Positions 32,096 to 40,548 of a stretch of DNA of 57,563 bases are shown in pieces. Source of the DNA: a virus (Duplodnaviria > Caudoviricetes); IMG/VR virus record IMGVR_UViG_3300028598_000002, positions 1 to 57,563 of that record, one strand, 5' to 3'. Under the pieces are notes generated by a model that had not been told where the DNA came from, made no database searches, and worked only from the letters and a program-made list of their open reading frames with translations. Position 1 is the first letter of the stretch, and each line of letters opens with the position of its first letter. The translations under genes were made by a program, and so were the position numbers.

Positions 32096-33499
32096 TTATG
32101 TCCACGCTTCTGCGGGGGGTGGTGGTGCAGCTGCCATGGGCTCACTCATAGCCCGTGCCAGCACATTGCTTGCCGCGGATAGCGCGAGGTACTGTAATCC
32201 ATCCGCGAGATCCGACTCTGGGTGTCCCTTCTCCGGTTTTTCGGCAAGTATCCCCTTCTTGTCACGCGGATAGCGGTAGTCTCGCATAAGCGCCAAGATG
32301 AGACGCTCGTTATACCGTTTGTCGATAAGAAGTCCCCCGCCTCCGTCCACTTGCATGCCGAGGTACCGCTCCACGGCCCGAAGGCGCGGCGTAATGTCAT
32401 TAGTCGGAGCCAAGATGGCCGAGTATCCCAGCCTCTTGACAGCGTCGAGTACAGACTCTTCTCCGATCTGGGAACGCTGTCGCGCAGCGGGGTCAAGGGA
32501 TATGAAGAATTTTCCACCTTCGAGGACTTGAGTAAGAAAGGGTCTGACGACCTGACTGATGAACTTTTCGATCCCCATGTTTTCGGTGTATACGGACCCA
32601 AATACCAAGAGTCGCCCACGGGAGTCGATTTGACCAGCCACCAGAGCCGGGTTGCGCCCGGTATCCATGCCCAAGACAATCGGACGCCCATAGTCGGGGA
32701 AGAGTTTTTCCCGAGAGTGAAAATTGACATTAAACGTCTTCGCGAATACCGCTTGTCCCGAGAGACTCGGCGTGATTTTGTTATGTACGTACTGCTCACA
32801 CCATGCAGGGTCATTTGCCTCAAGAAGGTCTTCATAGTAACGCGGCGGGAGGTGTTCCCGATTCTCTGCCCCCTCTTCAAATGCACCCGGTTGAACGAAA
32901 TAATCGACATTGTTCGGCCTCTGTGATGTTTCTAAAAAGTCGTAATACTCACTATCCTCGCTGAAGCTGTTGGTCTCCCCCCATAGGCCATAGTAGTAAT
33001 CGGTCAGATTGACGCGACTCGGATAACGACCGCAACGGGAGTACGCTGCCTGAATCAACTCTAATGGCAGCTCCCGAAATTCCGAAGCCCAGCAGAAGGT
33101 GATTTCCAGTGACAGCAAACGCTGCTGATTCTCTGGCGTATCCAGAGGTAGCAAAAGTACATCACACTCGACGGGTATCCCATCGGCTGGTGTAAATCTG
33201 ATGTATAGCGTCGAGTCGGACACTTTCCAATTCGATATGGGTCTCAGCCATTCCTGCATGGTCACGAGGCACGTTGACTTCAACTGCTGTAACGTATTCC
33301 TGATCACCAAGCACCGCGACCGCCTCGTACCGTCAGAGCTAACGCCAATCTCGCTCGCACGCCGCACAATCTCCATGGGGCCTAGTCCTACCGACTTGCC
33401 ACTACCTACAGGACCGCGAACCATGCGTATACGGGCGTCAGACTCATGAAACTTGGAAATCGTTGGCGAGGCATTATACACCCTGCTGATGTCAGCCAC
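32096..33499 (-). CDS. terL: Terminase large subunit
   Basis: Walker A GPVGSGKS, Walker B-like FCWASE, nuclease motifs 'LGMDTG', 'DPA' and 'SDLADGLQY'. Confidence 0.9.
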   Translation of the reverse strand: MADISRVYNASPTISKFHESDARIRMVRGPVGSGKSVGLGPMEIVRRASEIGVSSDGTRRSRCLVIRNTLQQLKSTCLVTMQEWLRPISNWKVSDSTLYIRFTPADGIPVECDVLLLPLDTPENQQRLLSLEITFCWASEFRELPLELIQAAYSRCGRYPSRVNLTDYYYGLWGETNSFSEDSEYYDFLETSQRPNNVDYFVQPGAFEEGAENREHLPPRYYEDLLEANDPAWCEQYVHNKITPSLSGQAVFAKTFNVNFHSREKLFPDYGRPIVLGMDTGRNPALVAGQIDSRGRLLVFGSVYTENMGIEKFISQVVRPFLTQVLEGGKFFISLDPAARQRSQIGEESVLDAVKRLGYSAILAPTNDITPRLRAVERYLGMQVDGGGGLLIDKRYNERLILALMRDYRYPRDKKGILAEKPEKGHPESDLADGLQYLALSAASNVLARAMSEPMAAAPPPPAEAWT

Positions 33500-33842
33500 G
33501 TTTTAGCCCCTGCATAGCATACGCCATGGCATCGGCATGGTGATCAATTCTATTCTCTATTTTCCGCACTTTGTAATGCAATTTCCCATCCCGCAAGTCA
33601 TAAAAAAATTCCCGTATTAACTTCGCATCCGAGGCAACATCTGGCGTCACCTCAGCTGGCTTATTTGGCAGTTCGAACGTCTCATCCGCCCACCGTTTTA
33701 GTGGAAGTCCCTGCCCGTAAAACAGCCGCTCGAAACAATCAGGATAGTCGGATATTTTTAACCGCTGCCCAGCCGCGGGGACAAGTATTGGCTGAACCCC
33801 TTTGTAGGGTGGAGCTTCACACCCGTGTTTCACGTGAAACAT
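33492..33842 (-). CDS. Hypothetical protein (starts within parS; terminase-like C-terminal motif)
   Basis: 116 aa, packed between neighbours; begins MFHVKH and ends ...DHHADAMAYAMQGLKRG. Confidence 0.5.
   Translation of the reverse strand: MFHVKHGCEAPPYKGVQPILVPAAGQRLKISDYPDCFERLFYGQGLPLKRWADETFELPNKPAEVTPDVASDAKLIREFFYDLRDGKLHYKVRKIENRIDHHADAMAYAMQGLKRG
33826..33841. promoter_or_regulatory. parS: parS centromere-like site (ParB/Spo0J box)
   Basis: Exact palindrome TGTTTCACGTGAAACA, matching the bacterial chromosomal parS consensus. Confidence 0.85.
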
Positions 33843-33844
33843 CT

Positions 33845-34132
33845 TTACAGCCCATCACGCCCCTCGATCAGAGACTGGAAGTGGGCATACATGAACTTAG
33901 CGAATATTTTGGCCGATTCGTCCATGTCGTCACCTTGAAATGACCAGCGTTTTTCTTCACGGTTGTATGTGAACTCACCGATCACTCGGCCATCGTCATC
34001 GCTAAACGTCAAGTTGATTGGTTGGGGAGACAGGGTCAACACTGGTACTGCCAGTTCCGATTTCAGCACGTAAGGATTAATGACCTCTCCCTCAGTATTA
34101 TCGACCATCTTCAGTGGGTTTTCTTCGCTCAT
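33845..34132 (-). CDS. Hypothetical protein
   Basis: 95 aa; 'F.GD.MDESAKIF' motif; coupled to neighbours. Confidence 0.55.
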   Translation of the reverse strand: MSEENPLKMVDNTEGEVINPYVLKSELAVPVLTLSPQPINLTFSDDDGRVIGEFTYNREEKRWSFQGDDMDESAKIFAKFMYAHFQSLIEGRDGL

Positions 34133-34311
34133 ACGTCCACCACCACACCCGAATCAGGGACATTGTGCCACTCACTCCATGGTCCATCGGGTTTCGCCTT
34201 CTTCCTTTGCTGCAAAACCTTCTGTCGCTTAACAGCTGAGGTCGCCGGGTTTTCTGCGGTCGCCGGGAAGGTAACTTCTTGCTGCTCTGTTATAAATCGT
34301 AACTCAATCAT
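34129..34311 (-). CDS. Hypothetical protein
   Basis: 60 aa with 'LRF...VLQQ...EW..VP' pattern; GGAG SD. Confidence 0.5.
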   Translation of the reverse strand: MIELRFITEQQEVTFPATAENPATSAVKRQKVLQQRKKAKPDGPWSEWHNVPDSGVVVDV

Positions 34312-34588
34312 TGGATATCTCCTTCATTGCTGTTTTCCACGCACTGGTATGCGTACAATTTTTACAGGTCGCCTCCCGCGGGTCCGCGGTCCAAGGCACT
34401 AATCGATGAAGCCCACACGCTGGATACATTGGGTCCCGCGGACACCAGTGCAGCGGCTTTGGTTCCTCTTCTTTGGGGAACCGCTCTTCAGCAAGCTGCT
34501 CAGGAATCGAAGGCTTTTTCCACCACGGGCTCGGCTCTTCTGGCCGTATGATCCCTGCCCACCTCAAAAACCGCTTGAATATACTCAC
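34304..34588 (-). CDS. Hypothetical protein with a possible Zn-binding motif
   Basis: 94 aa; H...C...C...CxxC. Confidence 0.5.
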   Translation of the reverse strand: MSIFKRFLRWAGIIRPEEPSPWWKKPSIPEQLAEERFPKEEEPKPLHWCPRDPMYPACGLHRLVPWTADPREATCKNCTHTSAWKTAMKEISND

Positions 34589-35076
34589 TCGTTCACCTCT
34601 TTCGCATCAATCGTTGCTTGAGTGGCTGCGTCGATTGTAAACGGCTCAGCCGTGTGTGCTCCTAAATTCAGGGTCAGGTGAAATTTACTCCCACCGTCTG
34701 CCGCGGCTTCCCGCTTGGGGGCAGCATCCGCCAGCTTAACCATCTGGTCATACGCTGCCAATCGGGCGGTAGGGTTTGTCAAATCGTTGTTGAAGAGCTG
34801 ATGTAACGTCATCAGGTTGTCCTCGACCATCAGCAGAGCCTTCAGCTTAATACGGTCCTTTGCCGACATGGGCGAATTCCACTCACGGCGGAAATCGGTG
34901 ATCATGTGCCGAAACTGGGGGTCATTGAGTAACTGCTTGAGGTCCAGAGGTGTAAGGCCGAAGCGTTTCAGCACTTCTTCAGTCGGCAACAGCTTGGCAC
35001 CCAGCTCCGCGGCCAGAGCCGCGAGCTTAGGTTGGTCCATTCCTGCGACCGTACTTACTGCTATTGATTCAGACAT
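34585..35076 (-). CDS. Putative terminase small subunit
   Basis: 163 aa with HTH-like N-terminus, helical core and C-terminal beta-strand 'FHLTLNLG'; upstream of terL. Confidence 0.55.
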   Translation of the reverse strand: MSESIAVSTVAGMDQPKLAALAAELGAKLLPTEEVLKRFGLTPLDLKQLLNDPQFRHMITDFRREWNSPMSAKDRIKLKALLMVEDNLMTLHQLFNNDLTNPTARLAAYDQMVKLADAAPKREAAADGGSKFHLTLNLGAHTAEPFTIDAATQATIDAKEVNE

Positions 35077-35236
35077 CGGCCTCTCTTTGCTTCTTCAACT
35101 CGCGGACTACGTACTCCGCGGTTGCTTGTCGAACAATCTCACTATACGAGGTCGCTCTCATTTGTGCCAGTACCTTCGTTGCATGAAGCAGTTTGTTGGG
35201 AAGGAATACATTAACTCGGGTCTTGTCGTTAGCCAT
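35069..35236 (-). CDS. Ribbon-helix-helix (CopG-like) DNA-binding protein
   Basis: MANDKTRVNVFLPNKLLHATKVLAQMRATSYSEIVRQATAEYV...* (55 aa); RHH pattern; AAGGAG SD. Not in the ORF track. Confidence 0.65.
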   Translation of the reverse strand: MANDKTRVNVFLPNKLLHATKVLAQMRATSYSEIVRQATAEYVVRELKKQREADV

Positions 35237-35454
35237 TATTTACTCTCCTTTACGTAACACCGGGTGTCCGCCAGATCTTTGGCGATGGTCATGGTGCGTT
35301 TTGTGATTTCGCTCAACGCTTGACGTTGTGGATGGGTGACTTCGTTACCTAGTTTCAGGTCATTGTGCAGAGCCAGTAGCTCGGACCAGACTTCTAGGAG
35401 TTCGTCAGATTTGTAGCCTACGGTGATCTCGGTGTAGCTGTTTTTGTTGGTCAT
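35236..35454 (-). CDS. Hypothetical protein, first gene of the leftward arm
   Basis: 72 aa downstream of a predicted promoter; preceded by GAGACTGAC. Confidence 0.5.
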   Translation of the reverse strand: MTNKNSYTEITVGYKSDELLEVWSELLALHNDLKLGNEVTHPQRQALSEITKRTMTIAKDLADTRCYVKESK

Positions 35455-35485
35455 GTCAGTCTCGTTTTCGTTGAAAGATAGGGTG

Positions 35486-35513
35486 AGTATAAGCGATGTA
35501 AAAATGATGTCAA
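35486..35513 (-). promoter_or_regulatory. Putative sigma70 promoter, leftward
   Basis: TTGACA (35513-35508), 16-nt spacer, TATACT (35491-35486), with AT-rich sequence upstream. Confidence 0.65.
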
Positions 35514-35785
35514 GCTAAAATTTTCAAAAAGTTATGTGGCGTGGGGATAAACCCCCCCACCCCCCGCGGGGGCTTGGTCCACTTGGGGTGGGTCAAGAAG
35601 GTGTATTATTCCCTTCATAGGGTGTCAGGACTGCTGCAACAGACTTGCTCTCCAGTGCTCCTGACTAGGTGAATGAAGTTCACCGAACCACGCCACCAAA
35701 TGGTGGCCTGTACGTCCCAGCTCCGGATAAGCATAGGAAACCGGCAAGCTCAGGTTGATGTCCCCCGAATCGGTAACGGTTTGGA

Positions 35786-35838
35786 CTCGTCATCACGTAA
35801 ATACGTGGTCTGATGATGGCCCAGTAGGCCGAAACGAG
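35786..35838 (+). ncRNA. Type III hammerhead ribozyme
   Basis: Stem III 5' CTCGT, C35791 (GUC site), stem I ATCACGT-AAAT-ACGTGGT, core CTGATGA (35810-35816), one extra U, stem II GGCC-CAGTA-GGCC, GAAA (35831-35834), stem III 3' (A)CGAG. Confidence 0.85.
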
Positions 35839-35847
35839 GTACTTCTT

Positions 35848-36099
35848 ATGAAGAAGTCACAACGCCGCAAGGTCAGCAAGCTGACTCGCATGGCTAAACG
35901 TGAACGTCTCAACGACTCAACACCACGTAAGGTTAAGAGACTTAACCTTGAGGTTGCGAAGTTGACAGTAATCAAGACCGAACTCAACCGCTTGTGTATT
36001 GAGCCCCGCGGTAATGACGCCATCAAGGCGTATGGTGATTTCGGCATTGTTTTGGCACGTAGAGCAGAACAATTCAACCTTGGCAAAGCCAAGTATTGA
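35848..36099 (+). CDS. Small basic hypothetical protein, first rightward gene
   Basis: ATG at 35848 with GAGGT SD at 35836-35840 (MKKSQRRKVSK...). Confidence 0.55.
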   Translation: MKKSQRRKVSKLTRMAKRERLNDSTPRKVKRLNLEVAKLTVIKTELNRLCIEPRGNDAIKAYGDFGIVLARRAEQFNLGKAKY

Positions 36100-36398
36100 G
36101 TATGAAACACACCAGAGGTGTGTATTTATAGCGAGATTATGAGTTAATGGCACGCCATTAAGAATGGTTGTGTCATTAACTAACTCGTTAGTTAACAAGG
36201 GTTTATATGTTAATGTACTTATTACCAAGTACAATAACATATGAGTCGTGCGTAGAAAACACGGGACCCATCGTGTGTGTTTTGGATCAGGGGTCATATA
36301 TTTTGGGACGCCATTAATGGTATTAACCATTAACATACATACACGCAACCACCGAACCACATCACCAATTGAGTATGTAATACTCAGGAGTAATCACC

Positions 36399-36590
36399 AT
36401 GAAACCAGCACTCAACGTAGTTGAAACTGTGTACGAGCTTGAGACTATCGAGCACCAGCGCCTGACCACTGCCAAGCAAGTGGACAAGTTCTTTTCCAAA
36501 GAACAAATCGAAACTGCCGATGCCCTGATCAGCAAAGCTGAATGGGAACTTGGTACCGAACTCACCCTGACTCCTATGGAGTCTGAGTAG
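36399..36590 (+). CDS. Hypothetical protein
   Basis: 63 aa, AGGAG SD, followed by hairpin AGATGTCC-TACG-GGGCATCT. Confidence 0.55.
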   Translation: MKPALNVVETVYELETIEHQRLTTAKQVDKFFSKEQIETADALISKAEWELGTELTLTPMESE

Positions 36591-36776
36591 TTATATCAGA
36601 TGTCCTACGGGGCATCTTGTTATACCCGCTCAACGCAACCACGGAGGCACCATGCACCTGACTGGTAAAACCAGCAACCGACCACATCACTGCCCTGACG
36701 AGGGATAACGGTGGTGTTCTCTATTAAGAATCGAAGATGATTAATAGATAACATCACAACCCCGAGGTAATTGAAA

Positions 36777-36983
36777 ATGCAAGTCAACCTGTATCTCAAC
36801 AAGCGCGAAGTATACGGTAATACTGTATACTACCCAGCATGCACCAACAGCAAGCTGTTAGCCCAAATCGCTGGTACCAAGACCCTCACACAATATGCTC
36901 TATCCAGAGCAGTGCTGATGGGTTACGAACTGCTAGAAGCAGACAGCGGAACCTCTCTGTTACCAGAGACAATCGACCGGTAG
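36777..36983 (+). CDS. Hypothetical protein
   Basis: GAGGT SD; 'VYGN..YYPAC..SKLLA.IAGTKTLT' pattern. Confidence 0.6.
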   Translation: MQVNLYLNKREVYGNTVYYPACTNSKLLAQIAGTKTLTQYALSRAVLMGYELLEADSGTSLLPETIDR

Positions 36984-37093
36984 TTGATACTGAGAGCACA
37001 CTCTAAGAGTGTGTTCAATTGTATTCACTCCTGCACCACGCTGACCCGTGGTAAATAGGCAGGTCTTACCACCAATAATCGGAGATTATTATC

Positions 37094-38065
37094 ATGACCG
37101 ACAAGCAACCGAGTCCCGTTAACGGGATCGAAACAAAAGCGGCATTGAATGACAGCTTAGCTGCCAATTACATGCTGATTACCCTGAAGATTAGCCGATG
37201 GTCTGCATCCAAGCGCGATAAGCACTTGGGTAACCAAGTGGCTGAGCAAAAGGGCGCAGTACTGGACAGCGTAGCTGCCACTAAAAAGATTATGACCGGT
37301 GCCGACACTGAGCTGTCAGCAGTAAATACTGCGCTCAATTCCATCCGGACATATCTGTACGACAACTCACTCCCTTGGAGTGGTGAAGTCAGCGGTGACA
37401 AGAAGGGTCCTCGTATTGTCCCTACTCGTAAGAGTATGGACCTGATCAAGGAACTCGGCGTCATGCAGAAGGATTTCGAGAAGGCGATGCGAGCTTTCAA
37501 GAACGTGTATTCTGCCCGTGTTGACACAGCCATGGCGAACCTCGGCAAACTTGCCGACCGTAGCCTGTATCCAAGCGAACACGAGATCGAAGATCTGTTC
37601 AGCGTTAGTATCGACATGGTACCAGTACCGGCTGTCTCTGGATTTGGTGGTATGAATATACCATCCGAACTGGCTCTTGCCCTTGGCAAGCGCATGGAGA
37701 AGCAACAATCTGTGATTGTCGAGAACGCTACCGCGGCTCTTCAAGAACGTGTTCTTGAGACTGTCACCAACCTGAGCGATCAGCTGCATAAGGCAGCGGA
37801 TGGTGAAGGCACACGACTCTTCGAGTCGCTGAGTGGCAACCTGAAACCTTTGGTTGACCTGATCGATGCAGCATCCTTGTCTAAAGACAAGCGTCTTGCT
37901 GGTATCAAGAAGGAATTAGCAGAGCTAAGCAAGGTGGACATCAAGAAGCTTAAGAAAGCTTCACCGGAAGCCAAGCGTAGCGTAGCTAAGAAGGCCGACA
38001 CCGTGATCAAGAAAGTCACGGCGAAGGTTGACGTTGACTCGTTGACAGAAGAGGTACTCTTTTAG
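37094..38065 (+). CDS. Helical phage protein (DUF3150-like) upstream of the AAA/vWA pair
   Basis: 323 aa; 'L.ISRWSA.K.D', 'SLPW', 'LYPS' motifs; family assignment from memory only. Confidence 0.5.
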   Translation: MTDKQPSPVNGIETKAALNDSLAANYMLITLKISRWSASKRDKHLGNQVAEQKGAVLDSVAATKKIMTGADTELSAVNTALNSIRTYLYDNSLPWSGEVSGDKKGPRIVPTRKSMDLIKELGVMQKDFEKAMRAFKNVYSARVDTAMANLGKLADRSLYPSEHEIEDLFSVSIDMVPVPAVSGFGGMNIPSELALALGKRMEKQQSVIVENATAALQERVLETVTNLSDQLHKAADGEGTRLFESLSGNLKPLVDLIDAASLSKDKRLAGIKKELAELSKVDIKKLKKASPEAKRSVAKKADTVIKKVTAKVDVDSLTEEVLF

Positions 38066-38177
38066 AGTACCACCCAACCACAAATCCAAGGCTGGAAAAC
38101 CAGCCTTTAACCCCGCCTTGCAGTGGTGTGCAAAACAGCGCACTGCTGCTCGGCTCAACCCTAAAGGGACCGACAAA

Positions 38178-39236
38178 ATGAAACTTTCAGACCTAGATGA
38201 CAACCAGATGACCAAGCAATTCAACGCAGGGCATGCGATGTGTTTGCGTGGTAGCCCCGGCATAGCCAAGACTGCGGTAGTTGAGCAGTATTGCGAACGC
38301 CATGACCTCGGATGTATCGTCATGAACTTGACAGCATCTGACCCGATGGATGCTTTGGGATTTTTAATCCCAGTCAAGACCGATGATGGTCCTGTTGCCC
38401 ATTACTCTAAGCCTAATTGGCTTACTCGTATCGAGGAGTCAGGCGAAGAGCAAGGAATTTTATTCCTTGATGAGCTGCTCAGTGCTGAGCACATCACCGT
38501 CAAGGCATTTGCACCACTGATGTCCGAAGGACGTATCGGTGAATGGTTACTGCCCGAAGGATGGGTAGTCTGGGCCTCTGGTAACAGAGTCCAAGACAAA
38601 TCCGGTGCCATGAAAATGCTGGTCCATGCTGGTAACAGAATGAACGTCATAGACGTTGAACCTGACCTCGAAGCATGGTGTACTTGGGCTAACGATGCCG
38701 GTGTACATCCGATGTACATAGCATATGCCAATGCTCGCCCCGGTGAAGTGTTTGCCGGTGAACCGCCGAAGGACCCCGATGAGCAAAGGCTTACGCCTCG
38801 TTCACTGGTGTTCGCTCAGGACTACCACACTGGTGGTCAAGTCGAAGACGACTTGGCACTTGATCTGGACCCCGTGACACAAGCTATGGTTGCTGGGTAT
38901 ATTGGTCAAGCTTCAACCGCGGATCTGTTCGGATTCTTCCGAACTGTTGACGAGTTGCCGACGATTCAAGAGATCATCGACAGCCCTGATACAGCGAAGC
39001 TGCCCGACTCGATGCGGATGGATGCTCAATATGCAGCTGTCCAGCTGTGTATTCACCATGCCGATAGTGAAACTATCGACCCCATCTTCCAGTATGTAAC
39101 GAGGCTGAACAAGGAACTGCAAGCCTCCGCTGCGAAGCAGCTTATCGACAAGACCAAGGGCTCATTGCTTAACAGCAAGGCACTCGGCCAGTGGATGAGT
39201 GAAAACCCAGCGTTGATTACATCAACCTTTGCATAA
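38178..39236 (+). CDS. MoxR-like AAA+ ATPase
   Basis: Walker A GSPGIAKT, Walker B ILFLDE, sensor 'ASGNR', 'NR' finger, 'TPRS'; ATG at 38178. Confidence 0.8.
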   Translation: MKLSDLDDNQMTKQFNAGHAMCLRGSPGIAKTAVVEQYCERHDLGCIVMNLTASDPMDALGFLIPVKTDDGPVAHYSKPNWLTRIEESGEEQGILFLDELLSAEHITVKAFAPLMSEGRIGEWLLPEGWVVWASGNRVQDKSGAMKMLVHAGNRMNVIDVEPDLEAWCTWANDAGVHPMYIAYANARPGEVFAGEPPKDPDEQRLTPRSLVFAQDYHTGGQVEDDLALDLDPVTQAMVAGYIGQASTADLFGFFRTVDELPTIQEIIDSPDTAKLPDSMRMDAQYAAVQLCIHHADSETIDPIFQYVTRLNKELQASAAKQLIDKTKGSLLNSKALGQWMSENPALITSTFA

Positions 39237-39276
39237 ACCCCAGCGCCAAGGATGGCGCACATTACAGGAGACCGAC

Positions 39277-40548
39277 ATGAAGTACTCACCTGAATTGACT
39301 GAATGTTTGAGCAACCTAGTTGCTCAGCAACCTTTCTTCGCCACCTATTTGTATAACAATATGGAACTCGGCGAAAACCCCAGCATTTCGACAGCCCGTA
39401 CCAATGGTACTCGTATCGAAGTCAACCCTGAATGGTTTGGTAGCAAACCAATACAGCAACGAGTGTTCATCATGGCTCACGAGATCATGCATGGCATACT
39501 CGATCATATGGGACGCGATGCCCTGTACATCAAGCGAGGCTTTGGCCCTGACTTGCTGCCATTCAACCCTGAGACCAGCAACGAAGCTCAGGACTACGTC
39601 ATCAATGCCATGCTGAAGGAAGCACGTATTGGTGAGATGCCGCCCTCTGGGCTATGGGACCCGAGCATCAAAGGCGATGCATTATCCGATGAGGTATACG
39701 TACAACTCAACGGACAGAAGCAGGACCCCGATGCCAAGGACAAATCACCCGATGCCGATGGCAACGATAAAGGTGATGGTCAAGGACAGGCGCAAGGCCA
39801 AGGTCAACCTGACCAAGGTCAGAAGTCTGGTGATGACAACTCACCACCAAGTCACGGTAGTGATAAGGAAGGTGAGGGTTTTGATGAGCACGTAGCAGCT
39901 GGCGAAGCCAAGCCTGAGCAAGAGCAAAAGACCGCTATGGCTCAAGCGATGCAAGCTGCCGAAGCTATGGGCTCAATGCCTGAGTCACTCAAGCGAGTGA
40001 TCGGTGGATTGATCGACCCCGAAGTATCATGGGAAGAGCAATTCCGTAACTCTGTTACGGCTCGACAAGGGCAAGATACCCAGACATGGAGACGCCCGAA
40101 TCGTCGCCGCATTGCAGTAGCACCACACATCTACACCCCGGGCAAGACAGGACACCAGATCGGTGGACTGGTACTTGCTGTGGACGTGTCAGGATCACTG
40201 AACGAAGTCATGCTGACCAAGTTACTTAGCGAAGCTAAGGGGCTGCTGCAAGAAGTCAAGGCCGAATGGGTCAAGGTTATCTGCTGGAATACTGAGCATC
40301 AAGGTACCTTTGACATCGATGATCCAGAGGAACTGGATACCCTCGAAATAGATGGGGGTGGTGGTACTAGGCTCGAATCAATGGCACGGTACCTCGACGA
40401 CGAGGACATACTGCCTGAGCAGATAGTCTGGTTCACTGATGGAATCACTAGGTATAGTGATACCAACCCATTCAGCTGTGATGTTACGTGGTTACTCACA
40501 ACTGACCGCAGGGTACCGTCTTACGGTACCATCATCCACATGAAATAG
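39277..40548 (+). CDS. HExxH metallopeptidase + vWA domain protein (DUF2201-like)
   Basis: AHEIMH, 'N.A.DY.IN', G/Q/D-rich linker, MIDAS DVSGS, GGGGT, FTDG. Confidence 0.8.
   Translation: MKYSPELTECLSNLVAQQPFFATYLYNNMELGENPSISTARTNGTRIEVNPEWFGSKPIQQRVFIMAHEIMHGILDHMGRDALYIKRGFGPDLLPFNPETSNEAQDYVINAMLKEARIGEMPPSGLWDPSIKGDALSDEVYVQLNGQKQDPDAKDKSPDADGNDKGDGQGQAQGQGQPDQGQKSGDDNSPPSHGSDKEGEGFDEHVAAGEAKPEQEQKTAMAQAMQAAEAMGSMPESLKRVIGGLIDPEVSWEEQFRNSVTARQGQDTQTWRRPNRRRIAVAPHIYTPGKTGHQIGGLVLAVDVSGSLNEVMLTKLLSEAKGLLQEVKAEWVKVICWNTEHQGTFDIDDPEELDTLEIDGGGGTRLESMARYLDDEDILPEQIVWFTDGITRYSDTNPFSCDVTWLLTTDRRVPSYGTIIHMK

Noticed and set aside
35712-35745. GTCCCAGCTCCGGATAA, reminiscent of a twister ribozyme segment
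   Set aside because: Lacks the upstream UAA cleavage loop and downstream pseudoknot partners.
36694-36740. CTGACGAG, resembling a second hammerhead core
   Set aside because: No stem II followed by GAAA; it is the loop of a simple CCCT-GACG-AGGG hairpin.
37035-37070. Hairpin ACCACG-CTGACC-CGTGGT + AAATAG, resembling the 5' half of a pistol ribozyme
   Set aside because: No GCG/P3/GU elements follow; at most a short pseudoknot.
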